The notes: generated by a model not told the origin, from the letters alone. Shown: positions 37,922-48,003, counted from the stretch's first letter. The stretch: 64,000 nucleotides of DNA from an uncultured Pseudomonadales bacterium (GCA_964357975.1 CAYHNG010000004.1:6380-70379), one strand, 5' to 3'. Numbers and translations: made by a program.

Positions 37922-39328
37922 ATGCAGTTAAATCCGTACATTTTTCGTGGATACGATATTCGAGGAATCGCTGGCGAAGATTTATCGGAAGAGGCTGTTT
38001 ATTTGATCGGGCGAGGCTTTGCTACCTTTTTAGTTGAGAGACGGATTCAGCTTTGTCCCGTTGGTCGGGATAATCGAAAAAGTAGCCAAGCACTGTCCAA
38101 ATCATTTATCAGAGGGCTTAACGATGGCGGTATTGACACTATCGACATTGGTCTTTCCTTGAGTCAAATTGTCTATTTTTCTTCGTACCATTTTTTAACC
38201 AAAGCCTGTGCCATGATCACTGCTTCACACAACCCCAAAGAGTTTAATGGCTTGAAATTAGGCATTGGTTATTCCAAAACCATGTCGGGGGTCGAAATCC
38301 AAGACTTAAGAAAAATTATTGAAAGTGACCGTTATTCCATTGGCTACGGCCAAAATCGGACTCAAAATATCTTTCCGGCATATCGGAAGCATCTTCTTCA
38401 TTATTTCAAATTAAAAAGGAAATGGAGAATTGTTATTAATACCTTAAATACTTCTTCGGGGCGATTTTATCCAAGCATTTTTCGCCAGGCCGGCTGTCGG
38501 GTTATCACCCAAAACGAACGGCTTGATGACCATTTCCCTCATGGAACCGATCCTACAGACATTAGAGTTCTTACTGCACTAGGTAAGAAAGTTGTCAAAG
38601 AGCGCGCGGATCTTGGTTTTGCCTTCGACGCCGACGGAGATCGCTTGGGAGTTGTAGACGAAAACGGTCGTTTGCACTGGATGGATATCATAGTCGCCGT
38701 CTTTGCCATCGATATTTTGGAAAATTTACCCGGTGCCACCATCATCTATAACAATCTTTGCTCTCAGGTAGTTCCTGAGACCATCAAAAAGATGGGAGGC
38801 ATTCCTTTAATGTGGAGAACCGGTCACTCCTTTATCAAATCCAAGATCTTGGAAACGGGTGCCATGTTGGGGGGAGAACTTTCGGGTCATGTATTTTTCA
38901 TGGATAATTATTTCGGGCACGATGATGCGGCCTTTGCTTGTTTAAGGTTACTGTCTTTCTTGGAAAAACACGAAGAGACTCTCTCGGAAGTCACTTCCTC
39001 TTTCGAAACTCGTCTGGGCAGCCCGGAAATTAAGCTTGGAGTGAGAGATGAAATCAAGTTTGATTTAATTGAAAACAAGCTGAGACATGATCTTGTCACC
39101 ACTTGGCCGGATGCCAAAACAAATGAGTTGGACGGTATCCGGTTGGACTCCGGTGATTTTATGGTTGTTGTTCGTGCCTCGCAAAACGGGCCATACATTA
39201 CTATCAGATTTGAAGGAAGTAATGAGAAAGTCTACAATGAAGTCAGAGACAAACTAAAAGAAATTCTTCACCGGTATCCGACCATCAACTGGGATATCGG
39301 TATCAACACTTACGCATTTAATATCTAA
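37922..39328 (+). CDS. phosphoglucomutase/phosphomannomutase paralog
   Basis: NPYIFRGYDIRG, ITASHNPKEFNGLKL, ADGDRLGVVDENG. Start at the internal ATG at 37922 (MQLNPY). Confidence 0.85.
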   Translation: MQLNPYIFRGYDIRGIAGEDLSEEAVYLIGRGFATFLVERRIQLCPVGRDNRKSSQALSKSFIRGLNDGGIDTIDIGLSLSQIVYFSSYHFLTKACAMITASHNPKEFNGLKLGIGYSKTMSGVEIQDLRKIIESDRYSIGYGQNRTQNIFPAYRKHLLHYFKLKRKWRIVINTLNTSSGRFYPSIFRQAGCRVITQNERLDDHFPHGTDPTDIRVLTALGKKVVKERADLGFAFDADGDRLGVVDENGRLHWMDIIVAVFAIDILENLPGATIIYNNLCSQVVPETIKKMGGIPLMWRTGHSFIKSKILETGAMLGGELSGHVFFMDNYFGHDDAAFACLRLLSFLEKHEETLSEVTSSFETRLGSPEIKLGVRDEIKFDLIENKLRHDLVTTWPDAKTNELDGIRLDSGDFMVVVRASQNGPYITIRFEGSNEKVYNEVRDKLKEILHRYPTINWDIGINTYAFNI

Positions 39329-39329
39329 G

Positions 39330-40406
39330 ATGAACTATCTAGACAACCACAAGAGCTATCGGCAGCAGGACCCGGATAATATTTATGATTCTCTATCCAA
39401 ATTCGGTAGACAAATCGAGTCCGGTTGGCATCATGCCGAATTCGCCAATCTCGATTTCGATCCGGATAATATCCAAAACATCGTTTTTACCGGTATGGGT
39501 GGTAGCAATCTTTCGGCTGAAGTAGTTCACTCTCTGGCACCCTTTCTGCTATCAATTCCCTTTGAAATTGTCGCGAACTATCGTTTACCTTCGTATGCCG
39601 GTAAAAAGACACTTGTCATTCTCTCCAGTTATTCAGGGAACACGGAAGAAATTATCTCCTGTGCACAGGACGCTTCCATGAGAAGCTGCCCGTCGGTTTG
39701 TCTTACAACAGGTGGTAAGCTCAAAGAAGTTTCTCAAACTCAACAGTTACCACTTATTGAGCTTGACGAAAAATTTAATCCCTCCCGATCTCCCAGAGCT
39801 GGTATTTGTTTGTCGTTGGGTGCTGTAATTGGCCTTCTGCTTCGCTTAAATCCTCCAGCCAAAAAATACTTCAACAAAAAAGATATTATCCAAACAGTCG
39901 ACCGCATCATTGATATGGTCAATATTCACAAAGACACTCAGGAAAATCCGGCCAAATCACTCGCTCAGAAGCACAAAGGACAAGGAATCATTTTTCTCTC
40001 GGCCAATCACCTTTCCGGGTTAGGTAAGGTATTTGGCAACTATCTCAACGAGACTGCTAAGACGTTTGCTGTTCACCATAGTTTCCCTGATCTCAACCAT
40101 CATTTTCTGGAGGGACTCTTATACCCCACCTCTCTCAAAGACGATCTCTCTTTTCTGATTCTTAATTCAGGTGTTTTTCCGGAAGTCATCCAAAAAAGAA
40201 TTAGGATTACCCGCGATGTTTTACTCAAGCAGAAATATCGGGTCACTGTTATTAAGCCGGAAACCGCCGATCCGGTGCTTCAAATCTTTGAGTCACTGGT
40301 CTTTTTGATGATGTTTGGTTATTATTTAGGTATAGTTAACAAAGTCAATCCGGCCAGTAATCCGTGGGTAGACTACCTAAAAAGCCAGTTATCATCTTCA
40401 AACTGA
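39330..40406 (+). CDS. bifunctional phosphoglucose/phosphomannose isomerase-type SIS-domain protein
   Basis: IVFTGMGGSNLSAEVV, then ILSSYSGNTEEI, arranged as in archaeal-type PGI/PMI. Adjacent to the phosphohexomutase. Confidence 0.55.
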   Translation: MNYLDNHKSYRQQDPDNIYDSLSKFGRQIESGWHHAEFANLDFDPDNIQNIVFTGMGGSNLSAEVVHSLAPFLLSIPFEIVANYRLPSYAGKKTLVILSSYSGNTEEIISCAQDASMRSCPSVCLTTGGKLKEVSQTQQLPLIELDEKFNPSRSPRAGICLSLGAVIGLLLRLNPPAKKYFNKKDIIQTVDRIIDMVNIHKDTQENPAKSLAQKHKGQGIIFLSANHLSGLGKVFGNYLNETAKTFAVHHSFPDLNHHFLEGLLYPTSLKDDLSFLILNSGVFPEVIQKRIRITRDVLLKQKYRVTVIKPETADPVLQIFESLVFLMMFGYYLGIVNKVNPASNPWVDYLKSQLSSSN

Positions 40407-40424
40407 AATATACAATATAAAATT
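40404..40424 (+). promoter_or_regulatory. motif TGAAATATACAATATAAAAT upstream of ppsA, shared with the eno upstream region
   Basis: Compare 42758..42777, TGAAATTTACAATATAAAAT, which is 19/20 identical. Confidence 0.4.
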
Positions 40425-40435
40425 TAAAATCCAAA

Positions 40436-42712
40436 ATGCCCCAAATGCCTGCCCTGGTACTTCCGTTTAGTAAAATCAGAAAAGAGGATATTCCCCTGGT
40501 CGGAGGGAAGGGGGCTAATCTGGGCGAAATGTATAACTATGGCATTCCTGTTCCAAACGGATTTGTCGTTACTGCCCATGCCTATCAATACGTTATTGAC
40601 CACAATGCTCTCCAGCCGGTCATCAGGGAAATCATTAGGCAAACTGAAGTCACGAATCAAAAAGAACTTGAAAAAGCTTCCATCAAGATCCAGCGTTTAA
40701 TTAATACCGCCGATATACCTTCGGAGCTAACATCAGAAATCTTCAGTCGCTATCAGTCTCTTAAACCGGGAGAGAAGCAACCCTTAGTTGCTGTTCGTTC
40801 GTCCGCCACCGCCGAAGATTTACCGGATGCCTCTTTCGCCGGTCAACAAGAATCCTACTTGGATATCAAAGGGGAGTCCAATGTTTTACAGGCAGTTCGC
40901 AAAGCGTGGGCTTCCCTCTGGGGTGCCAGAGCTATCTTCTATCGAGCAACAAAGGGTTACGATCATTTCAAAGTCCAGTTGGCCGTACCGGTACAGCTCA
41001 TGATTCAATCGGAGGTTTCCGGAGTCGTCTTTTCGGTCAATCCCGTAAGCCGTAACAAAAATCAGGTTGTCGTTGAGGCGGTTTGGGGGTTAGGTGATTA
41101 CATGGTTCAAGGGGTCGTTAATCCCGATCACTATATAGTGAACAAGGATTCTATGACCATTCACTCTCGCCAGTTTGTTCCTCAAACCATTATGGAAATA
41201 ATGCAATATCCCAGCGGTGTTAAAAAAGTAAATGTTCCCAAAGAAAAAATAAATTTGAGGAAACTAACCGACGAACAGGTAATCGAGGTTGCCAAACTCT
41301 CTGCCAAAGTCCACCAACACTATTTCTTTCCTCAAGATAGCGAGTTTGCAGTAGAAGGTGGCAAGATATATTTAGTTCAAACCCGGCCTATCACTACACT
41401 GGATATGGGAAAAGGGGCCAAACATATCTCCGAAGACCAAATCCTGAAACTTACCCAAGTACTACAAGGCGAACCGGCTTCTTTTGGAATAGGTTTCGGT
41501 AAAGTTGTCAAAATTAAGTCAGCGAGTGAGATCAACAAGGTCAAGGAAGGTGACGTCTTGGTGACGGAAATGACCTCACCCGATTTCGTTCCGGCCATGA
41601 AAAGAGCTGCGGCCATAGTTACCGACAAGGGTGGTCAAACTTCACATGCCGCTATTGTTTCTCGCGAACTTGGCGTTCCCGCTGTGGTTGGAACCAAAAT
41701 AGCCACCAAAACGCTCAAGGACGATCAGATAATCACCGTCAACGGATCTACGGGGACTATTTATAACGGCGTCCCCGAAAAGGGGAAGGCTGTCGAACAA
41801 AAAGATTTCAAAGAGGCGGAGTTTCCCAAGACCGCCACTCGAGTCTATGTCAATCTGGGAGAGCCGGACTTGGCTCCGGTGGTCGCGCAAGGTAATGCAG
41901 ACGGCGTCGGCCTGCTCAGAGCCGAGTTTATGATGGCCCAAATCGGAGTCCATCCCAAAAAGATGATTCACGACGGAAAAGAAAAAATCTTTATCGAAAA
42001 ACTAGCCGAAAGTTTAGCCAAATTCACGTATAGTTTTGGAGACAGACCTATTGTTTACCGCGCCTCCGATTTTAAAACCAACGAATACCGCAATTTGGTC
42101 GGTGGCCAAGCGTATGAACCCATTGAACCAAACCCCATGCTTGGCTTTCGAGGAGCCTACCGTTATATTAGCGATGAGTCGGTTTTCAATTTGGAGCTCG
42201 AAGCCATCAAAACCGTTAGAAACAAAATGGGTCACAAGAATCTTCATCTTATGATTCCTTTTGTTCGTACCGTAGATGAATTAATTAAGGTCAAACGCAT
42301 TGTTTCGGCTTCCGGGTTAACCAGATCAAATACCTTTAAGCTTTGGATGATGGTGGAGATTCCTTCTAATGTCATCTTACTCGAAGATTTTATTCAGGTC
42401 GGTATCGACGGAGTCTCTATTGGCAGTAACGACCTCACCATGCTCATACTCGGCACCGACCGAGATAATGAAACTGTGGCGCCTGAGTTTGATGAAAGAA
42501 ATCCTGCCGTAACCTGGGCTTTGGAACATGTTGTCAAAACGGCCGCCAAACACCACATCACCAGCTCACTTTGTGGTCAAGCCGCCAGTTTATATCCCGA
42601 TTTGGTCGAAAAATTGGTCGGCTGGGGAATTTCTTCAGTCTCAGTCAGTCCGGATGCCGTAGATAACACTCGTCGTGTAATTGCCCAAATCGAAAAGCGC
42701 CTATTAAAATAG
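40436..42712 (+). CDS. ppsA: phosphoenolpyruvate synthase (pyruvate, water dikinase)
   Basis: N-terminal ATP-grasp IPLVGGKGANLGEM. The central phospho-His domain has GGQTSHAAIVSRELGVPAVVG. C-terminal PEP-utilising TIM barrel. 758 aa. Confidence 0.85.
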   Translation: MPQMPALVLPFSKIRKEDIPLVGGKGANLGEMYNYGIPVPNGFVVTAHAYQYVIDHNALQPVIREIIRQTEVTNQKELEKASIKIQRLINTADIPSELTSEIFSRYQSLKPGEKQPLVAVRSSATAEDLPDASFAGQQESYLDIKGESNVLQAVRKAWASLWGARAIFYRATKGYDHFKVQLAVPVQLMIQSEVSGVVFSVNPVSRNKNQVVVEAVWGLGDYMVQGVVNPDHYIVNKDSMTIHSRQFVPQTIMEIMQYPSGVKKVNVPKEKINLRKLTDEQVIEVAKLSAKVHQHYFFPQDSEFAVEGGKIYLVQTRPITTLDMGKGAKHISEDQILKLTQVLQGEPASFGIGFGKVVKIKSASEINKVKEGDVLVTEMTSPDFVPAMKRAAAIVTDKGGQTSHAAIVSRELGVPAVVGTKIATKTLKDDQIITVNGSTGTIYNGVPEKGKAVEQKDFKEAEFPKTATRVYVNLGEPDLAPVVAQGNADGVGLLRAEFMMAQIGVHPKKMIHDGKEKIFIEKLAESLAKFTYSFGDRPIVYRASDFKTNEYRNLVGGQAYEPIEPNPMLGFRGAYRYISDESVFNLELEAIKTVRNKMGHKNLHLMIPFVRTVDELIKVKRIVSASGLTRSNTFKLWMMVEIPSNVILLEDFIQVGIDGVSIGSNDLTMLILGTDRDNETVAPEFDERNPAVTWALEHVVKTAAKHHITSSLCGQAASLYPDLVEKLVGWGISSVSVSPDAVDNTRRVIAQIEKRLLK

Positions 42713-42715
42713 TTG

Positions 42716-42749
42716 TCATTCCGACCGAAGTGGAGGAATCTCACTCCAT
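42716..42749 (+). repeat. second copy of the 34-bp dispersed repeat, immediately after the ppsA stop
   Basis: TCATTCCGACCGAAGTGGAGGAATCTCACTCCAT versus 23981..24014, TCATCTCGAGCGAAGTCGAGAGATCTCACTCCAT. Confidence 0.5.
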
Positions 42750-42757
42750 AAATAAAT

Positions 42758-42777
42758 CTGAAATTTACAATATAAAA
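42758..42777 (+). promoter_or_regulatory. motif TGAAATTTACAATATAAAAT upstream of eno, shared with the ppsA upstream region
   Basis: See 40404..40424. TACAAT may serve as a -10 element. Confidence 0.4.
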
Positions 42778-42793
42778 TATACAATATTCTGTA

Positions 42794-44068
42794 ATGCCCA
42801 AAATCAAATCAGTCTACGCCAGAGAAATCCTGGATTCTCGGGGAAACCCGACCATCGAAACCACCATCTGGTCAGACTCCAATCATGGTGCGGTAGCGTC
42901 AATTCCCAGCGGGGCTTCAACCGGACGGCTCGAAGCCTATGAACTACGAGATGGTGACCCCAATCGCTTTGGTGGCATGGGGGTTTTGAAAGCTTGCGCC
43001 AGCGTCAATCAAATTCTTAGTAAATATCTGATTGGATTAGATCCGCTCAAGCAAAACGAAATTGACCAAGTCTTGCTCAATCTTGATGGCACGGCCAATA
43101 AATCTAAGCTAGGTGCCAACGCGATTCTCTCGGTCTCTCAGGCCTCTTTTGAGCTGGGAGCGGCCTGTGCCCAAATGCCTACCTTCGAATATGCCGCACA
43201 AAAATATGGCCTGGCCACACCCTCAGCCCTACATTTACCTACACCCATCTTCAATATGGTCAACGGAGGCAAACACGGAGCCGGAAACTTGGACTTTCAG
43301 GAATACCATTGTATTCCATCCAGTCGAAAAAAATTTTCCGACGCACTGGAGATGGGAAGCGAACTTTATCATCTTCTAAAAAGGGTTCTTACCGAAAAGA
43401 AGGCCATTCACTCGGTCGGCGACGAAGGAGGCTATGCTCCAAATTTGTTTTCCAATACGGACGCGATAGAGCTTTTGGTAGAAACGATAGAATCCAGCAA
43501 GTACAAACTTAATGAGGATGTCTATCTAGGACTAGACGTCGCCGCCTCATCTTTTTTTAGTAGTGGAAAATACCAAGTTAGCGACGTCAAAGAATCCCTA
43601 ACCGGCACTCAGTTTGGAGATTTCCTGATTGACTTGGTCAAAAAATACAATCTTCTTTCGATCGAGGATCCTTTTGATCAAGACGCTTGGGGAGACTGGG
43701 AAAACTTTACAACCAGCGTGGGAAAACAGCTCATGGTCGTCGGAGATGATTTGTTGGTTACCAACAAAAGTCGGCTTGAAGAGGCTATCAAGAGGAACGC
43801 GTGTAACACGGTTCTCATCAAACCAAACCAAATCGGTACGATATCGGAAACCGTCTCGGTGATTAAGTTAGCCCGAAAAAACGAAATGTCTATCATCGTT
43901 TCTCACCGTTCCGGTGATACCGACGAAGATTTTCTCGCAGATTTCGCAGTGGGTATGGGGGCCGACTTCGTAAAGTTTGGCGCTCCGGGTAGGGGAGAGA
44001 GGGTAACAAAATACAACCGGCTACTTTTTATTCAAGAATACCTCGAGAGCCTCAACGCACAGTCATGA
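42794..44068 (+). CDS. eno: enolase
   Basis: SVYAREILDSRGNPTIETTI, the SIPSGASTG loop and IKPNQIGT. Confidence 0.95.
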   Translation: MPKIKSVYAREILDSRGNPTIETTIWSDSNHGAVASIPSGASTGRLEAYELRDGDPNRFGGMGVLKACASVNQILSKYLIGLDPLKQNEIDQVLLNLDGTANKSKLGANAILSVSQASFELGAACAQMPTFEYAAQKYGLATPSALHLPTPIFNMVNGGKHGAGNLDFQEYHCIPSSRKKFSDALEMGSELYHLLKRVLTEKKAIHSVGDEGGYAPNLFSNTDAIELLVETIESSKYKLNEDVYLGLDVAASSFFSSGKYQVSDVKESLTGTQFGDFLIDLVKKYNLLSIEDPFDQDAWGDWENFTTSVGKQLMVVGDDLLVTNKSRLEEAIKRNACNTVLIKPNQIGTISETVSVIKLARKNEMSIIVSHRSGDTDEDFLADFAVGMGADFVKFGAPGRGERVTKYNRLLFIQEYLESLNAQS

Positions 44069-44101
44069 ACCACGCCATAAATTCGTCATCTCATTCCACT
44101 T

Positions 44102-45610
44102 ATGAATAAACGTGTCATCCTCTGCATTCTCGACGGCTGGGGTATTGCCCCGGATTCGCCGGGTAACGCGATTAGCCAGTCAAACCCCCAAACCTTCAAT
44201 TACCTTACGGAAAACTTTCCCCACACTCAACTTCTGGCGGCAGGACCTGCTGTCGGACTGCCTGAGGGTATGGACGGAAACAGCGAAACCGGACATCTCA
44301 ATATTGGCGCCGGTCGAGTGGTTTACCAAGATCTGGCGCTCATCAATATGGCCATTGCCGACGGCAGTTTCTTTACCAACAAGGCTCTTTTGGATACCGT
44401 TAAACATCTCAATTCTTTTGGCTCAAGACTTCATTTACTGGGCATGATTGGCTCTTCAGGGGTCCATTCCTTCAACGAGCATCTTTTTGCTCTTCTACTT
44501 TTTGCCAAGAATCAAAATGTTAAGCATGTTTTTCTTCATCTAATCATGGATGGTCGCGATAGTCCTCCGGATGAGGGGCTTTCTCAAATTAAGAAAATTC
44601 AAGAAGAAATCAAACGGCTTGGGGTGGGGGAAATCGTCTCAGTTCTGGGAAGATATTACGCCATGGATAGAGACAAACGCTGGGACAGAACCCAAATGGC
44701 TTTTGATTGTCTGGTCGGCTCGGACAGGGGAGTCGCCAACGATCCTCTCAACGTCATTCAAAATAGTTATAGTCAAGGTATCTATGACGAGTTTATCAAG
44801 CCGATTGCCTTAGGAGATAACTCTTCGGAATCTAGAATCAAGGCCGGAGACGATGTCGTCTTTTTTAATTTCAGAACCGATCGACCGAGACAGTTGACGG
44901 AATTATTTCTCAATTCGGGTATCCCAAACATGAGATTTGTCACCATGACTCAATATCGCAAATCATTTTCTAATCCTGTCATGTTTTCTACTACTACAGT
45001 TACCCAAACTCTGGGAGAAATAGTGTCTGACAATCATTTGCTTCAGTTGAGGGCCGCGGAGACCGAAAAGATTGCTATGGTTACCTACTATTTTAACGGT
45101 CAAAGCGAATCTACCTTCCCCGGTGAAGCCAGGTTATTTGTTGACTCACTTAAGATAGCGACTTACGATCTTCAACCCAGAATGTCCACCGATAAACTTA
45201 TTGCTGAATTTTCATACCAATATATAAAATATGACTTTAGTTTGGCAGTCATTAATATTGCTTGCCCTGATATGGTTGCCCATACCGGGAAAATTATGGA
45301 AACCAAAGAAGCTATCAAAGCCGCAGATGAGGCCCTTAATTCGCTTGTCAACCTTTCAAAAGATACCGGTAGCTATTTATTGATTACTGCCGATCATGGC
45401 AACGCCGAAGAATTGATAAATCTCCAAACCGGTGGGGTAGATACCGAACACTCCAACTTACCGGTGCCTTTTATACTTTTTCACCCCTCCGATTACCAGC
45501 TTCAGCTTCAGTCCGGCAAGCTAGGGGACATCGCCCCAACCATTCTAAACCTTTTAGAGCTTCCCCAACCTCCAGAAATGAACGGCAAAAACCTCATAAT
45601 TCGGCAATAG
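44102..45610 (+). CDS. gpmI: 2,3-bisphosphoglycerate-independent phosphoglycerate mutase
   Basis: ILCILDGWGIAPDSPGNAIS, NSETGHLNIGAGRVVYQDL, TADHGNAE. Confidence 0.9.
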   Translation: MNKRVILCILDGWGIAPDSPGNAISQSNPQTFNYLTENFPHTQLLAAGPAVGLPEGMDGNSETGHLNIGAGRVVYQDLALINMAIADGSFFTNKALLDTVKHLNSFGSRLHLLGMIGSSGVHSFNEHLFALLLFAKNQNVKHVFLHLIMDGRDSPPDEGLSQIKKIQEEIKRLGVGEIVSVLGRYYAMDRDKRWDRTQMAFDCLVGSDRGVANDPLNVIQNSYSQGIYDEFIKPIALGDNSSESRIKAGDDVVFFNFRTDRPRQLTELFLNSGIPNMRFVTMTQYRKSFSNPVMFSTTTVTQTLGEIVSDNHLLQLRAAETEKIAMVTYYFNGQSESTFPGEARLFVDSLKIATYDLQPRMSTDKLIAEFSYQYIKYDFSLAVINIACPDMVAHTGKIMETKEAIKAADEALNSLVNLSKDTGSYLLITADHGNAEELINLQTGGVDTEHSNLPVPFILFHPSDYQLQLQSGKLGDIAPTILNLLELPQPPEMNGKNLIIRQ

Positions 45611-45688
45611 CCATGATTATGTCTTGACTTTTGTTCTTCTAGACTTATAATACACCCAGTCAAACCATAGCACCTTAACGGAGGTAGA

Positions 45689-46156
45689 ATGAGTTTTCTA
45701 AATGCCAAACGTTTGTTGGTCAGAGCCACCGGTATAAACACCTATCGAACTATAAGAATTTCTACGACCGGAAATATTCTTCGTATCGTTCCTTTGAAAA
45801 ATAAACAGCTTTGGCAACATAATCTCCCGGCCTTTGAGAAACTATTCCAATTGGCCAGGAAACATGGGGTGGTTAATAATCTCTCTACTTTCACGTCCTA
45901 TCTTAAACGCTCCCTTGATGATCTCAGGGAAGAGCGTCCCATTGAAAATAGTTGGGACCAACTTTATAGACTTATCGTACTGGCGATTCACTATTATTTG
46001 TTGACGTACACCGAGACCATTACCTACGAAACCGATCCGGAATGGCATATTGGTGGTTCCGATGAAAAACACAATTGGATCAACGACGTAAATTCCACTA
46101 CCAGGCTTATCGGCCAGATGTTAGGCGAAAGCCCTCTTCTCTTTTATTCTGCATAA
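45689..46156 (+). CDS. hypothetical protein
   Basis: 155-aa ORF, no motif. Confidence 0.3.
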   Translation: MSFLNAKRLLVRATGINTYRTIRISTTGNILRIVPLKNKQLWQHNLPAFEKLFQLARKHGVVNNLSTFTSYLKRSLDDLREERPIENSWDQLYRLIVLAIHYYLLTYTETITYETDPEWHIGGSDEKHNWINDVNSTTRLIGQMLGESPLLFYSA

Positions 46157-46178
46157 ATCCCCTGAGGGGGATTTTTTG
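46157..46178. terminator. bidirectional rho-independent terminator between convergent genes
   Basis: AATCCCC-tgag-GGGGATT followed by TTTTT. Confidence 0.55.
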
Positions 46179-46181
46179 TAA

Positions 46182-46883
46182 CTAAACCAAAGACACCACC
46201 ATTGTCGACTCACCTTTAAGTTTGGTATTTCTCACCATCTCCAGAATCTCTACAATCGAACCCCTAAATATTTTTTCCGATACTTTTGTGAGATCTACAG
46301 CTAGACACATTCGAACGTCTTCGCCAAAAATCTCCATCATCTCGCCGATAATTTTTTCAAGTCTCACAGTAGATTCGTAGATCACAATCGACAAGTTCAT
46401 CGTTTTCGACACGCCTTTTATATTATTCAGCATCTCCGCTCTTTTTCCTGGTTTCTTCGGTAAAAATCCAACAAATAAATACTTATCTGTAGGTAGACCA
46501 GAGATAGCCAGAGCGGCACTTTCTGCCGTAGGACCGGGCACTACACTAACATCCCATCCAAGAGCAAGCCCTTCGTGCACCAGTTTGTATCCTGGGTCGG
46601 AAATCAAAGGCATACCTGCATCACTTACCAGCACCGCTTCCTCCAACCCATTCATTTCCTGCAACAAAGAGGGGAGTACTCGGTACTCGTTAAAATCATT
46701 GACAAACTTTAGTCTAGGTTTACTCACCTGGACTTTCCCTAGTGACACTAGTTTGGTCCACAAATTGCTAAACATTCTGGTGTCCTCACAAACAATAAAC
46801 TTCGTCTCAGATAGAGCTTTTAGTGCCCGAGCCGAAATATCCTCTACGTTGCCAATGGGCAAGCCTACGATAGTCAGTTTCAT
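46182..46883 (-). CDS. rsmI: 16S rRNA (cytidine1402-2'-O)-methyltransferase
   Basis: MKLTIVGLPIGNVEDISARALKALSETKFIVCEDTR is the RsmI N-terminus (tetrapyrrole-methylase fold). Confidence 0.8.
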   Translation of the reverse strand: MKLTIVGLPIGNVEDISARALKALSETKFIVCEDTRMFSNLWTKLVSLGKVQVSKPRLKFVNDFNEYRVLPSLLQEMNGLEEAVLVSDAGMPLISDPGYKLVHEGLALGWDVSVVPGPTAESAALAISGLPTDKYLFVGFLPKKPGKRAEMLNNIKGVSKTMNLSIVIYESTVRLEKIIGEMMEIFGEDVRMCLAVDLTKVSEKIFRGSIVEILEMVRNTKLKGESTMVVSLV

Positions 46884-46931
46884 TGATGTATTATAATACC
46901 TTAAGATATTGCACCCTGACCTTATAAGGAG

Positions 46932-47156
46932 TTGATGATGCCCAACAAGCCTTTTATTCAGTTTGTATTTTCAAGCCTTGATGATGAAATAGTAAAAAAC
47001 GCTTCGGAGCACAAAGTGGCGGAACTAGTAAAGGCAGGCTATTCAGTAAAGGTCTTTAAAGAGAACTATCTTTCTGTTTGGGACAACGGTACCACTCATA
47101 TGATTATCCAAACGACTGTAATGGCAACCATGACTGATAAAGTTGAAATAAACTAA
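46932..47156 (+). CDS. hypothetical small protein
   Basis: 74-aa ORF. Confidence 0.3.
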   Translation: MMMPNKPFIQFVFSSLDDEIVKNASEHKVAELVKAGYSVKVFKENYLSVWDNGTTHMIIQTTVMATMTDKVEIN

Positions 47157-47170
47157 AGTGGCACTCGACA

Positions 47171-47194
47171 AAACCCCTCTAATTTGAGGGGTTT
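47171..47194. terminator. rho-independent terminator (stem AACCCCTC/GAGGGGTT)
   Basis: 8-bp perfect stem, 6-nt loop, followed by TTCC. Lies between convergent genes. Confidence 0.5.
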
Positions 47195-47197
47195 TCC

Positions 47198-47818
47198 TTA
47201 GGCGTATTTCCTTATCACACCCACACATTTTCCCTGAACTTTTACGTTTATGGCAAAAATTGGAGACATGGAAGAGTTTGCAGGCTCAAGACGTACTCGG
47301 GTTCTTTCCCGAAAAAACCTCTTTAGAGTGGCGAGTCCGTTTTCCAATAGTGCCACAACAATATCGCCATCTTTTACAGCCCCTATTTCACACTCTTCAA
47401 TCAGTACAAAGTCATGGTCAAATATTCCTTCCTCAATCATCGAATCCCCTTTCACTTGAAGCACAAAGGCCCTTTTCTTACCAGAAACCATTGACGAAGA
47501 AACCCTCATGGTGGCATTTGGATCAGTTAGTGGCTCAATCGGTCGTCCTGCTGCAATATAGCCCAAAATAGGGAGTTCTAAAGACGCCAATTCCACACTC
47601 GGCCTATCTACCACTTCAATCCCACGAATAGCTCCATCAAACTTTCGAATGATCCCTTTCTTTTCCAGGGCCTGTAAATGTTCGTGGATAGTAGCTAAAG
47701 AGGAGACGCCAATTGCATTTGCAATTTCCGAAAGAGTAGGGGAGTAGCCGTTCTTTTGAATAAACTGAGAAATAAATTCAACAATCTGTCTTTGTCTTTT
47801 GTATAGTGTTACGGCCAT
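47198..47818 (-). CDS. lexA: LexA repressor
   Basis: N-terminal wHTH (LSEIANAIGVSSLATIHEHLQALEKKGII). Cleavage-site region LGYIAAGRP. S24 peptidase VKGDSM...GDIVVA...KRF. Start at the internal ATG (MAVTLYKRQ). Confidence 0.85.
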   Translation of the reverse strand: MAVTLYKRQRQIVEFISQFIQKNGYSPTLSEIANAIGVSSLATIHEHLQALEKKGIIRKFDGAIRGIEVVDRPSVELASLELPILGYIAAGRPIEPLTDPNATMRVSSSMVSGKKRAFVLQVKGDSMIEEGIFDHDFVLIEECEIGAVKDGDIVVALLENGLATLKRFFRERTRVRLEPANSSMSPIFAINVKVQGKCVGVIRKYA

Positions 47819-47927
47819 AGATTCATTATTACCAAACAATACCCAAATGTCAACTAATAAAATCCAAACCATCAACAGCTAGTTTATTGTTCCTCAGCTT
47901 CGGCTGGGGCATTTCTATGCCTGCGAT

Positions 47928-47956
47928 TTGACAACTCAGCCTCAATATGGTATTAT
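47928..47956 (+). promoter_or_regulatory. near-consensus sigma70 promoter TTGACA-N17-TATTAT driving the zinc-ribbon gene divergent from lexA
   Basis: TTGACA at 47928..47933 and TATTAT at 47951..47956. An AGGAGA RBS lies before the ATG at 48004. Confidence 0.45.
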
Positions 47957-48003
47957 ATAGGACGTACCTTCAATTCAAGCTGCATCCGATAGGAGATAAT
48001 CTT

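Noticed and set aside
40424-40660. 78-aa ORF antisense to the ppsA 5' end
   Set aside because: Overlaps the well-supported ppsA ATP-grasp domain.
47819-48003. Canonical LexA (Cheo-type GAAC-N4-GTTC) operator between lexA and the divergent gene
   Set aside because: No such palindrome is present. Only TTATTA...TAATAA and a CAGC-TTCG-GCTG hairpin are seen. The operator remains unidentified.
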